Source: Balanoglossus misakiensis (Eukaryota > Animalia > Hemichordata). From it: 64,000 nucleotides of DNA. Made by a program: the position numbers and the translations under genes. Location of the stretch: positions 4,354,213 through 4,418,212 of the forward strand of contig CM082589.2 in the NCBI GenBank assembly GCA_040954595.2, in the 5' to 3' direction. The notes beneath the pieces are model-generated. The model was given only the letters and a program-made list of their open reading frames with translations, searched no databases and was not told where the DNA came from. Shown here piece after piece: positions 42,959 to 54,371 of this stretch. The stretch's first letter is position 1, and every line of letters begins with the position of its first letter.

Positions 42959-45900
42959 TCTGTGCCAGCTGCTACCTATATAACATGATCAGTATCGTAA
43001 CTTACTGTTCAATTCTATTCCTATATGCTCGATCGATTACAAATACACGGAATTTTGTGCCTTTCAGAAGAGAACGTTCAGAATTGAGATTTATACTCAC
43101 CTGTCGTTTGTCACTTGTCGTACAAATTGATAAGAGGACGGGGAAATTGGGAATGAGTGTTTGCAGTTTTATGGTTGCTGATCGACTCGGTTGTTTTAAT
43201 GCAGCGTTGGTTAGACTAAAATAGTACGGATAGCGATTTAAATGTTTCTATTTTTCTTGTGATCAAAATACCTCGTGTCTATCCTACAAAATACTGTACC
43301 CTGCACTTTGGAGTATGTGCAGGGGTTTGTACACACAGGCCCAGTGGCAAAAGCAAACTAACATGAAAAGACTAAAGATTTTCAGAAACAGTGTTACTTG
43401 AAAAGATTTTTGTTGCGCCCAAGCAATTCGAATTGTCGCCGGGTAAGTTGATACGGGGATTGCGTTTCAAACAGAACGATAGAATGGTTCTGACACAATG
43501 GACTCGTACAGGGTCGCGTATTTGTGTAGCCATGTAACCACTAGGCGCAGCTCAGTTTGTGCCGTGCACCACAGACCCTCTATATACCTGCACTGAGCAG
43601 CAAAGCTGCTCCCAGAATGACCCGTCAACAGAGCCAAGTCATTCTAAATAGTACACCACAGTTTACCGTGTGCAGGGCGTTATTGTCACTGATACTAGTA
43701 TGCAAACGTTTATTCTTTATAGTTTCGGGTAATTATTCTTTCCACCGTAGATTGGTACAGTATAATTTAATTTAGATACAGAAAGAGATTAATAAAGCGT
43801 TTTCCTTTCCAGGGCTTTTCAATTTCCGTGTCCAATTAACCCATTCTGTGAACTAAATTGCGATGCGAAAGCTGTGCGTCCCTCGCCCCACAGAATTTTC
43901 GTAGGGCAGTACACTACTAAGGTGCGGAGAATGCGGAAAGCGTCTTATTATTACACGCACTATCGACTCAAGCAATCGATTTCCTTATTGGATATCCGCA
44001 TACATCCGTTGGTACGGGTTGAATACTAGCCGTCTAATCAATTCTGTCCCAGTTCACTCTGAACCATTGATTGTCGTTTCTCACTCAGAACTGTGGCGCG
44101 ACAAAAAGACAGCGAGGAGTAGGAATATACATAGCTGTGAAAAGAACACCACGCTGTTACCAGACACTAGTTCATTTTTTTGGCTGTGGTGTGATGGCAG
44201 AGAAAAACATCTGCTGCTACGGACTATGCTTGACTCGCCCAAAAATAAGACAAAACGCTCCACTTTCCTTCATGATTTTGATAATATTGCAACTTCAATG
44301 ATTATTTCTTTATTTCGATATATTGACATTGTTATATGACATTTCACTTTACAATATCAGGAACTCAAAAGATGTGGTTATTTCGGTTTGGCTTTGATAG
44401 TCTTGTCGGCTACAGAAAGACAACATAGCGCTTTTACAACGATTGTAAGGATAAAGTCAAACACGAAAAGATGATTTTGTCATTTTCCAACAATTTGATT
44501 ATCTGAAGTGTAGTCTGCAAATGTACTCTGTAAGAAACTTAGCGGTCAGAATCCACTGTTTGATTGCAAAGGTACTTTGATCTTAAATAAACTTTGAAAC
44601 GAATCCAGCGATAAAGTATTCTTATTTACAGGAAAAAAATACAATTTTGATTACAGCTGATATGCATGAATACGGAATGTAGGAAGGTGTCGTTATAGAA
44701 ATGAAAAAAATATAGTTTATGAATGGAAAGTGTTCTAGAGATTGTCAAGTAGTAGTGCACACTTCCGGTAGTGTTACTAAGATGTGTACATTCTCCGTGG
44801 CAACACCACCTCGGGAGAGCACTTCTTGTATACAAAGTTATGAATATTTCATTTCCGAGTCTTCGTCCGTCGATAATTGTCTTTGTCGTTGTACCCTTCG
44901 CGGAGTTTGCACTGTGGAGAGCAAATAGGAGTACTGATCGATCTACAGACGCAGTGTGCGATGAACACACAAGACACAATGGGTGGCATTGTCCCATACC
45001 AATGTTACAGATTGTCTCCGTGGTTCAACCCTCAAACAAGGCTGAACGATCAGTTTTGCCTCAGCTTGGTGTACATCAGGATCCGAGAACCTAGGATATG
45101 ATAGACACAATATCATGACGTCACTTTATGGATCCTTACTCCACCAAGTTAATTACGGTATAATTATCGGGTGGTCGATCGTCAAGCGGCGAATGATTGT
45201 CATGTAATGATTGACGATGAAGAAATACCCGGAAGTAAGATACGCGTATGCTGCAGTAATCCAATAAATATTATTGCATGTCATTTAGTTTGTAAATAAT
45301 GAAAACAACGATGAGAATAATAAGCACATTGGTAGTAATACAGTAGTATTAGTCCGTATAAGTCTATCCCCTGGGCGTACATGTACGTTAGATTTCAGGA
45401 TTCCTTGATGTATGATAGTTCCATGAGTTGATTCGAGTCAAAGTTGACATTGATGAAATATCGCCAACGAAGGATCAGCGCATATGTCGTCATACGCACA
45501 CAGATAACCATGGGGATTGAACCCGTTGAACCAAACGTTCTGTACTGCGGACGAAGACAACTCAAAGTTCTGGACTGTCCGATGTCAGACAATTGTCTGG
45601 CCTGATTGATAGTTTCTGTTACGCAGTTTTCCCAAACAAATTGAATTAATTAGCATAGCGTGTATTGTACCCGTCAAAAGAGACACTCCGCTATTTCTTA
45701 CATAATCGTAACTCGGCCGATAGGCGACTGAAGTCACGTATGGTATACAGGTGTTGCTGAGCATACGTAGAATGCTGATTGGCCGTTGCGTCACCGAGAC
45801 TTCAAAAACACCAAACACGGTGTGACGACATGCTGTATACAAGGTGTTCAACCGACCAGAGCACTGAGTCCAGATCTTGCTGGAGGCTGAACTACAGAAA

Positions 45901-46873
45901 ATGGCTCCGCGAAGTGTACACAGCGGATTACGTCCATCCATTGTACACGCTGACTAACAAACATTAGCGTTCGATCGATAAATGGAGAACAAATAAATTC
46001 TTTATGAGCGCTTCAAGTCGTCCTTCAAGTACTCTACGTGTGATTTTTTTAATAAACGGGGAGGTAGTGGGCCGCTAAACTCTCTTAAAACCGTGAAGTA
46101 ATTAGCCTTATTAGTGATCAATTCTAATTTACAATCCGTCCATGCCGCCGTCATGCTAGCGACAATTCCTTGCGTTATACAATGTTAACACTCGCATTCG
46201 TCTGATAAACGTATCACCATGACAACTCTCAAGGAGCTTCGGGTACTACGGTAGTTAGTTCGTGTGGTTTTTGATTAATTTTCGAGTGCTTTTTGTGGGT
46301 TTTAGGAATTACTAGTTGAAATCCACCGAGAACATGTCTGTTAGATTAGGTAACAGCTATGGAAAGGGCCAATTGAATCAGTGTATATAGTCGAGCGAGG
46401 AGTCGGTGGCACAAAACAACAGACTTCATAAAAATGAGACAGCATTTCTCTGTAGAAGTTTTGGATGTAGCAACGGAAGAATTTGCCATTCACCAGAGTC
46501 AAATAGCGATAGACCCACTATAATGCCTTATCTAATACACACGATACGAAGGTTGTTTTCAGCTTTGCGGCTGTCGGTACCCGTGGTGGAGATAATCCGC
46601 ACAAAACTCCGTTTCCAAGTAATGTCATGGCGGTTTTTGGCACACACTGTTTCGTCACCTTACGTGGCAATAATACACGGTCCGACGAGATACGGTTGCT
46701 CGAGTTCAAAGTTCGGGCGGCTCTGTTTTCCGTCGAAGTTGAAGCGGAGGTCTCTCGAGGTTAAACTCGGTCGGTCGTGTGTGTGAGTGACCGGCCAAAT
46801 CATGCACTCTTTTGATAAATATTAAATGCATCAACCTTGGTGTTCAGAATTCATTACAGCCAGCGATTGTGGT

Positions 46874-48103
46874 TTACGTGGAGAGCTTGGCCGGCCTCGC
46901 AGACACCCGCCACTGGGGCAACCGATAAGGCACCTCCTTGAAATTATTAAAATTGTGAGCCCCGCTGATGTCCACGATGATCGTGTTTTCATCCTGGTCT
47001 TCGGGGCTTCCTCCCCACGCAATCGGCCGTCTGTTCGGACTGGTCACCGACCTCCTCCGCACCGTTGCCCCGTTCTTCATCGGCAGGTCCAGGTCGGTTA
47101 TGACGTAGGTTTCTATGGTGGAGCAGCGCGAAAGTGGTCGCTCGGTGCTAATGTCCGACACGGCGGACGACGGTTTGTCGCCGGACTTTCCCTGAGAATT
47201 GCCTGTTTTCTTTTTCGTTTCGTTAAACTGCACAGCCACGGTGTTCATGTCTATCGTCACTCGGGGTTTGTACTCTTTGCGTGTGGCACTGTTTGGTTGC
47301 ACGCGCTTCGTCGGTTGCGTACCCTTTCCACTGGTCGCCCTTCCCAACGACTGGCCCGCGGATGACGCGCTCCCAAGCGACGACAATCCCGACCTGTGCC
47401 TGCCGGCAAACGGCTGGCCTTCCCCGTGACTCCTGTCGTTTGAAAAGTTGCCTTGCTTTTTCGAAGTGTTCGATCGTGGGCGTGTTTTGCTGAACGCGGC
47501 CACCGCGTTGAACACCGGTTGCTGTTTGTTCGTCCCGTGAGTTACCGAGCCCGCGCTGCGAGTGCTGCTCACACTGCTGGCACTGGCTCCCCTGTTTTGT
47601 TTGTCGCGTAAAAACGGCTGATAGGACTGCTCAAATTGTTCCCTCAGCTCCGCTGTAATGTCCCTCAGACTGGCCGCGGCTCGGCTCAACTTGATCTGCT
47701 GTCGTGCCGTCGAAAAGCTGTACGGCTCCCGTTGCAGCGGAGGCGCGGAATGCGCTAACTCCGCCTTCCTGGCCTGCTTCAAACCCTTCCTCGGCAACGC
47801 GTACGTCGGGAATCCATTTGTCGGCGAAAACAAATCGATGATTTTCCCCTTCGAGTTGTACTTCTCCTTCCCCTTGAACTCCACCGGTCTCGGCACAAAC
47901 GTCAGCGGGTACGACTTGCTCGTCGCCGGCTTGCGCTCGTAGATAGGTATCCGGTTCGGTATCGTGTGCACCTGCAAGTCTAAGTCAAAGGTGACGCGCT
48001 TTCGTCTGCCCAGCGGCTTGTCCACCGAGTCGTCGGGCAGAGCCAGCCCGCCGATGTCCGCCGCGTTGCCTGGCTCCACGACTATCATGCCGTCACCGTT
48101 CAT
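46874..48103 (-). CDS. Uncharacterised 409-aa Ser/Lys/Arg-rich, probably disordered protein with an RVxF PP1-docking motif
   Basis: A 1.23-kb GC-rich open frame in an AT-rich background, with an in-frame stop upstream of the ATG and RRKRVTF at residues 33-39. The 3' end could instead splice at the GTAAAC overlapping the stop codon. Confidence 0.7.
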   Translation of the reverse strand: MNGDGMIVVEPGNAADIGGLALPDDSVDKPLGRRKRVTFDLDLQVHTIPNRIPIYERKPATSKSYPLTFVPRPVEFKGKEKYNSKGKIIDLFSPTNGFPTYALPRKGLKQARKAELAHSAPPLQREPYSFSTARQQIKLSRAAASLRDITAELREQFEQSYQPFLRDKQNRGASASSVSSTRSAGSVTHGTNKQQPVFNAVAAFSKTRPRSNTSKKQGNFSNDRSHGEGQPFAGRHRSGLSSLGSASSAGQSLGRATSGKGTQPTKRVQPNSATRKEYKPRVTIDMNTVAVQFNETKKKTGNSQGKSGDKPSSAVSDISTERPLSRCSTIETYVITDLDLPMKNGATVRRRSVTSPNRRPIAWGGSPEDQDENTIIVDISGAHNFNNFKEVPYRLPQWRVSARPAKLST

Positions 48104-50076
48104 CTTTCCGGACGGGCTTGCGTTGAGCGATCAGCATGTTGATGTTGTTTTCCTCGGCGAGTTTTTCCTCTCAGGTGACTAGCCCCCACACACATTTACG
48201 GTGTAATCTTACAGCGGCGTCTCCCCATGACTCGTTCCCCTACTCCTGTTTCTCAACACTTTCTTGTGCTTTGTGTTGCCCTGAACGTTTCCAATTTGCC
48301 CGGCGGCTCTCGACCACCTAGGCGGGCGAATAAAGACAACCACCTTCGGATTCCGACGCACTCATCATATCAAGTCGAACGGATTTGACTCGATGACAAC
48401 TGATTTTGAGCGCGCAGAACACACAGTCGGTGACAACAATCGTATTTGATGCGAAGCAAAATTCTTCAAAGTCGAAACATGCACAGATACGGGCCAGTTT
48501 TACTCTATTTTGAGGTACATTTGCGGCAGTAGTCTGGGGGGTCCGCGAGCTGCATTTCAAAGGCGATCATTAATGCGGACGTCAGACGCCGGAACAAAAG
48601 CTGGGCAGGCGAATAATATTGGTAGCAACCAATCAACACCATTCTTATTTGCAATTAAGCTCCATTCACATGTCTCGCGAAATTCCATCGGGCGTTAATC
48701 TCAAGAAGAAAACATCACTACACTTGCCCGAGGTGGCCCGAAAGACTCGTTTTACGCGGTGCCAAACAGACCGTGTTGTCAGAAACGCCTTGACTTTGTT
48801 TTTGGAACATGTGAAAAACAGCTTGGTGTAAACTGCGCCTCGAGTGGCGGTGGAGTGGCCGCAATTGTCACCGATCGATCGGGGGAATGGTGGCGATTCC
48901 AATCGGGTGCCATGTCAACCGCGCTATGCGTTTGCGTACGGTTCAACTGCACTTAGCAATTGATCATGCAGAATTCAGTCCATAAAACTCAACATGGTCA
49001 GTCGTTGATAAAGCGCCCCTGTTTGTCAGTGGTACACAAAACCCCCAACTAAATGGTTTGTTTTCACCATTCTAAATAATCAAAAGATGTTTTGGAGGTC
49101 ACGTCGCGAAAGCCGCCGTAATCTTTCAGCGACAAATGAATACACCACGACGTTCAAAGAAACCGGGGTGAATTCATAAATATCATAAAGGCCGCGGGCA
49201 GCACATTTCTTGAACCGCTTTTCGACCTTCAGATACGAACAAATACCAATATATAAATACAATAAATACACGGTAGACTGCCGCATCCGATGTAGGTGAC
49301 CTATTTACGACGTCTTGTCGAACCGTTGTTTGTCACTAACATCATACATCGATCATCACGGTACTCATGTACCGTCAATAATTTGCTGTAAACTTGATAA
49401 ACAAAACAATCAGTTGTACCCGAATTGGCGTGTATTAAGTAGGGGTTCCCGTCGCAAAGTACATGCATGTACATTGAAACTGGATGGTAAAATTAAATAT
49501 AGATCGCATTGCCTCTGATCGAAGTAAATATTAAACATTCTGTGCGGTCGGTCCATCCACATGCCCTGTCTATAGTGCCATAGAGTTATGGCTTTGAGCC
49601 GAATAGTTCCATGATTGTACGCTCCCATGTACTGCCTGTATGTACAGGTATACTAACACGGTGATTATAAGGATTTAGAACCGTCGGTGGCTAGGGCTTT
49701 TAAAACGGATGTGAAAAGTCGTAAAAGCCGAGCCGCCGATTGACGGCGCCGGGGCATGAAAGGCGGACGATTACATCATATAGAGGCGACATGCAATTTT
49801 ATACGAAGTTCACGACGGTTTTTAGTCACTTTCCCTGCATGCTCACGTCATCGGCATGCGACTCGGATATCGTGATCCTGTTTGACGCACTCGCCACACA
49901 CGTCTATCAAAACAGAAAACTTGTTGATCTTCTAAAAGTGCCATCTCACTGCTAGTCACTGGTTTCACCGTTCGTGACGAACGCGTAATCCCACAAACAT
50001 AACACGCTCCACGCACCTCGCTAATAAATATTACCCGTCCTTCGCATTATCGTCAGTTCCTCGTTGTGGCGTGGCC

Positions 50077-50090
50077 GTTTCCATGGCGAC
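50077..50090. promoter_or_regulatory. RFX X-box-like motif GTTTCCATGGCGAC
   Basis: Near-consensus GTTNCCATGGNAAC, lying between the divergent 409-aa ORF and the second MCT gene, about 45 nt upstream of a minus-strand donor-like GG|GTAAT (~50034). Confidence 0.4.
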
Positions 50091-51575
50091 AACTCCAGTC
50101 GAACGACCCCATGGTGTGTATTCATTGGAGTGTAATGATGTCGAAAGCGGGCTTGAACTTTTCACTCTTCTTTTCTCTCTCTCTCAAAAGACTGGGCTTT
50201 TTTATCTTATTCTTTTGTCAAGCTCTGTTGTTTTGTTGGCGATCTGTTTTGTACGAGTCATGGCCGACATCCCCCCAACGTACAAAGTTTAGGCCTACAC
50301 GGGTTTCGCGACAACAGGTGCATTTGACACTGCCATGCACGGCGAACGTCAAGAGCGCCGAGACAACACACTTCAGATTGTATCTCCGAACAGATTTACA
50401 TTGTTACCGTCTGACGTGTTCATGTGTTTGCGAAATAAATTAACAGAAATACCACAAAAGAGTTTCGCAATTTGACGGCCCAGTATCGTCCAGGTGCAAG
50501 GTATGGGCAATGTACGTGGCGATCAAACATCGGATAGCACTTAGGTCGAGCCGCAGGGCACCGCTGAGAAGCCACAGTTTGTCCCTATTGATTAATTATT
50601 TTGTCTTTTTTTTTGAGAAATTACTTGTATAAGTTTGTCGCACGAACCTAAAGGGAATCATAAGTACATGTAGTATACACACTTGAGGCGGTATACACGA
50701 TGGCTATATTGGACAGTCAATTTGGGTCATAGGTCAAGATGTCGGGCAATTCACCTGATGTCTGTGTATTGTCAGACGCGATGTCACACGCACGGGTAAG
50801 CGGTGTCTGTACAACTCAAACAATGCCTTTGTTCGAGGGAGCTGTCACAAAACGTTGGCATATATATCTTGCAATCTTGAAGACCGCTTGAAAGACAACT
50901 TTCGTAATTATATATGGACATTCACCTTGCACGTTATACTAACATTGTGAAAATCTGCAGGAGCAGATTAATTGTATCTTCAGCCGATTTTGTGTGGAAC
51001 CAGAAATTTTCACAAGAAAATTTCTGCAAGTATATCGGATTTGTCGCATGCGCATATATTTATATACGCTTTTACATATCAGAAAAAAATCAAAGGTTCA
51101 AATTCGAACAATTGTTTTCTCTAAAGTAATTTATAGTGTACTACAAAGGAAAACGAATTAATTCGCCTTTCGTTTTTTTTTCTGGACAGCCACCCGGTAA
51201 TAAACCGAATATCTGCACGTCGACCGATGAGGGCGCTCACCTGGCCCGAGTTACAAATGTATATATGGTTGTTGTACGTAACTTGAAAGATGTATGGCGT
51301 CATACTAACAAAATACCAGGATTTAAGGTCAGGGGTCGTGAAAGTGGCCTAATTGCTTCATCATGAATAGTGTGTTTATCGACGCCGCGACTTGACCTAC
51401 ATGTATTAACCTTCAGTTTCCTTGAACCATAACCCTTGCGCACAACATGAGGTTGTGCGTGTTCGTGGGTACATTATCAGCATAACTTATTACCCTCGAC
51501 TTGACCGGGGTTTGGAAATATCGAAGTCCACGTGCATTGATAATTGACATCAAGACGTCTGATCTGTCTGGACAT

Positions 51576-54037
51576 ATGGATGGACGCTCGGACAGCGTTC
51601 GTGACGAACACAAAGACGGTGGCATATATGGCTGGGTCGTGGTAGGCGCTAGCCATATCTGTTGCGCTTTCATGTTTGGAATGTTCCCGGCAATTGGCCC
51701 GCTCTTCGTAGCCATACAGGAAAACTTCGACGAAACGTCGTCTCGTGTTTCATGGGTCATCTCATTGGGGATCTTCTTAGAGTTTGCTTTTGGTAAGTAT
51801 GGCCTTTGCGGGAGTTTGTAAGTAATAAAGGTGTGCTTTATTGTGTAAGCAAGACGTACACGTAGCTGAGGTCGTTCTGTACTTCCACAGGAGTTCAGTG
51901 AGTGTTTACAGTTTCGCTGCAGCCGATGTCAATAGGTCTGGCTGGCGCCTCCCCCCAAAAACAAGTAACGACCGGTTACGGCAGAGGTATAGAGGTCTGG
52001 CAAAAGAGACTATATATACTTGATCTACAGCACCAAAACACTATTGGGCACGAGCGAGCCTATCCAACACCCCTGCCAACCTTGGTCTTGAAGTACACCG
52101 AGGCGAAAGGTGAACGAGGATATGAAAGTCTGTATTGTATGAATAGCAGTGGTTCAAGGTGACCCCGTTTTAAATACCATTTAAAGGGCGGTGACCATCT
52201 TATGCGCATGTGCCAAATTGGGTGAAAAGAAGGGACACATTTGATGTAATCCAAGGGGACGCTTGATCGAGACGACGGGAGATGTGTTCTTTGAAAAAAA
52301 AAAATATAGTGCTGATGCATAACTTGGATCTTCGTTTTTTTTTGACAGGTCCGTTTGCGAATATTTGTGTCAAGAAAATAGGATTCCGGTTGTCTGTCAT
52401 GATAGGGACGGCGATATCATCCGCCGGATTCTTCTTGAGTGGGTTTGCTGGTAATGTCGAACATTTATATATCAGCTTTGGTGTTCTTATTGGTGAGTAA
52501 ACATCTTCAGTGTTGGACTTGGTTTTCTATCATAGTGTAAACTTAATGTCACTTTCTATTTCTATCATGATCTGTAATCAAATGTTACACCTTGGGTATA
52601 TGCCTCTCTGAGTATATTCTAGCTAGTTTTTAAAAAAATTATGGAGTTATATACTATTACTCTCCTTAATACATTTTTTTGCATTCTGATGAAATATGTT
52701 ATCACTTTTGTCATTGAAAGGATTGGGCTACGGTTTCATAATAGCGCCAGCGAGTGCCATATTCGCATACTACATTAAGAAGAGATTTGCAGTGGCAAAC
52801 GCCATCGCTTTGTTGGGATCTGCAGTTGGCGCTACTGTGTTCCCTCAAATATGGCGACGGCTGATCGACGCATACGGCTGGAGAGGCGCTGTTATCGTTT
52901 TCTCGGCCATCAATGCTCACATGTTCATTTCTGCTGCCTTGTTTGTATTACCGGAAGACAGGAAGGAGGGTCGCGGCAGAAGCGAGTCGCGAGAAGTCTT
53001 GGAGGAAGATCCAAAGGCCCACGTTCCAGAGAAAGGGTTTTTGCGGAAATTCGTCCATTGTTGTGACTGTATGCTTTTAACAAAATATCCATCTTTGATT
53101 GTGTTCGCTTGTTCCTTATTTTTCGGAGTGGGCATCGGCTATTATGGATCCCCAGCACACGCTGTGGCGCGTGCAGAAGTTATGAACCTCGGAACCAGGC
53201 AAGAAATCGCTTTGGTTGCAACCGCTATCGGCGTCGGTAGTGTTATCGGTCGCATTACAGTTCCCTTGATATTACTTATAGACCATCGACATTTGACCAG
53301 TCCACGGTTGTACGATCTTTGCCTTTTTACTCTTGGACTTGTCGATCTATTGAGTGCGTTTTGTGAGACGTATGTATCATACCTAATCTACGCTTCTACT
53401 TCGGGATTTCTGAGTGGAATGATTATGATACTACTCGTTCAAGTTCTGAAAGATATGGTGGGATATCGCATGCTTTTGGCGTCCATTGCTTTGTCGACAC
53501 CAGTCGAAGCCACAGGAGGTTTGCTTGGCCCTCCCTGTGCCGGTAAGTCAACGAGCACTGCGTGGTCAATTCACTTAATTGAAACATGCAGCACTATGCA
53601 GCCTGAAGCATAAAATAAAAACTGGTGGTTGAGTGTTAATATATCTATTAAACATAGAAGGTATGTCTTGGAAAATGTAAAGTTAAATTTTATGAATATT
53701 GCCTTTGGCTAATGCGTCAAATGTTAGTACTTTGAGAAACACGGCGTTATAAATAGTATAGGCAAAATGTGTAGCCACAATGCAAACACGTCTTTTTGTT
53801 TGTTTTGTTTAATTCGCAGGATGGATTTACGATGAAACCGGAGATTATAACAACTCCTTCTACTTCTACGGTGCGAGTTTAATTTTTGCTGGAACACTAA
53901 TGCTGATAGTTGAACCGATCACTACAAGACGACAGAAGAAGAGAAAGGAAGGCGAGACATGTACACTCGCTGTTGATTCCCAAACTCTGAATGTTTGCAG
54001 TGTTAACAGCAGTACACAGACAGGATCGGGGCTATAA
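51576..54037 (+). CDS. Second SLC16 monocarboxylate transporter family member; exons 51576-51792, 52349-52492, 52721-53542, 53820-54037
   Basis: KDGGIYGWVVV (MCT TM1 signature), GPFANICVKKIGFR, YYIKKRFAVANAIA, LIDAYGWRGA, LLGPPCAGWIYDETGDY. Same four-exon, phase-1 intron layout as the first MCT. Confidence 0.92.
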
Positions 54038-54193
54038 ATACCATTCCAATTCTGTTCACCCTACTACCAAAGCTTTCGAAAGTCCATTGTCGGCCATCTT
54101 AGGTTTCATCGTTTATTATGGGGGTTTCGAGCATCGCAGTAGTGGTTTTCGTTTAGAGAAGTCTCTCGATCCAATCCCCCTCTTTCGCTCGCA

Positions 54194-54371
54194 ACTCTGA
54201 CGTCCTTCAAGTCAATCACCTTACGCAACACACTACTGATTGGCCGATACCATGGAACAAATGTTGCTAATTAATGCTAATTATTTTCCTACTATTAGCA
54301 ACGCCCACGTCATTGCTCTGGCCAATCAGTAGTGTGTTGCGTAAGGTGATTGACTTGAAGGACGTTAGAGT
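54194..54371. mobile_element. Foldback/MITE-like inverted repeat with 52-bp arms (1 mismatch) and a 74-bp spacer
   Basis: ACTCTGACGTCCTTCAAGTCAATCACCTTACGCAACACACTACTGATTGGCC (54194-54245) pairs with 54320-54371. Confidence 0.8.

Noticed and set aside
44626-46786. Moderately GC-rich patches with 60-126 aa ORFs, considered as a fourth paralog or further exons of the 409-aa ORF
   Set aside because: None carries the conserved motifs of the triplicated family and no coherent splice model emerged; may be UTR or non-coding.
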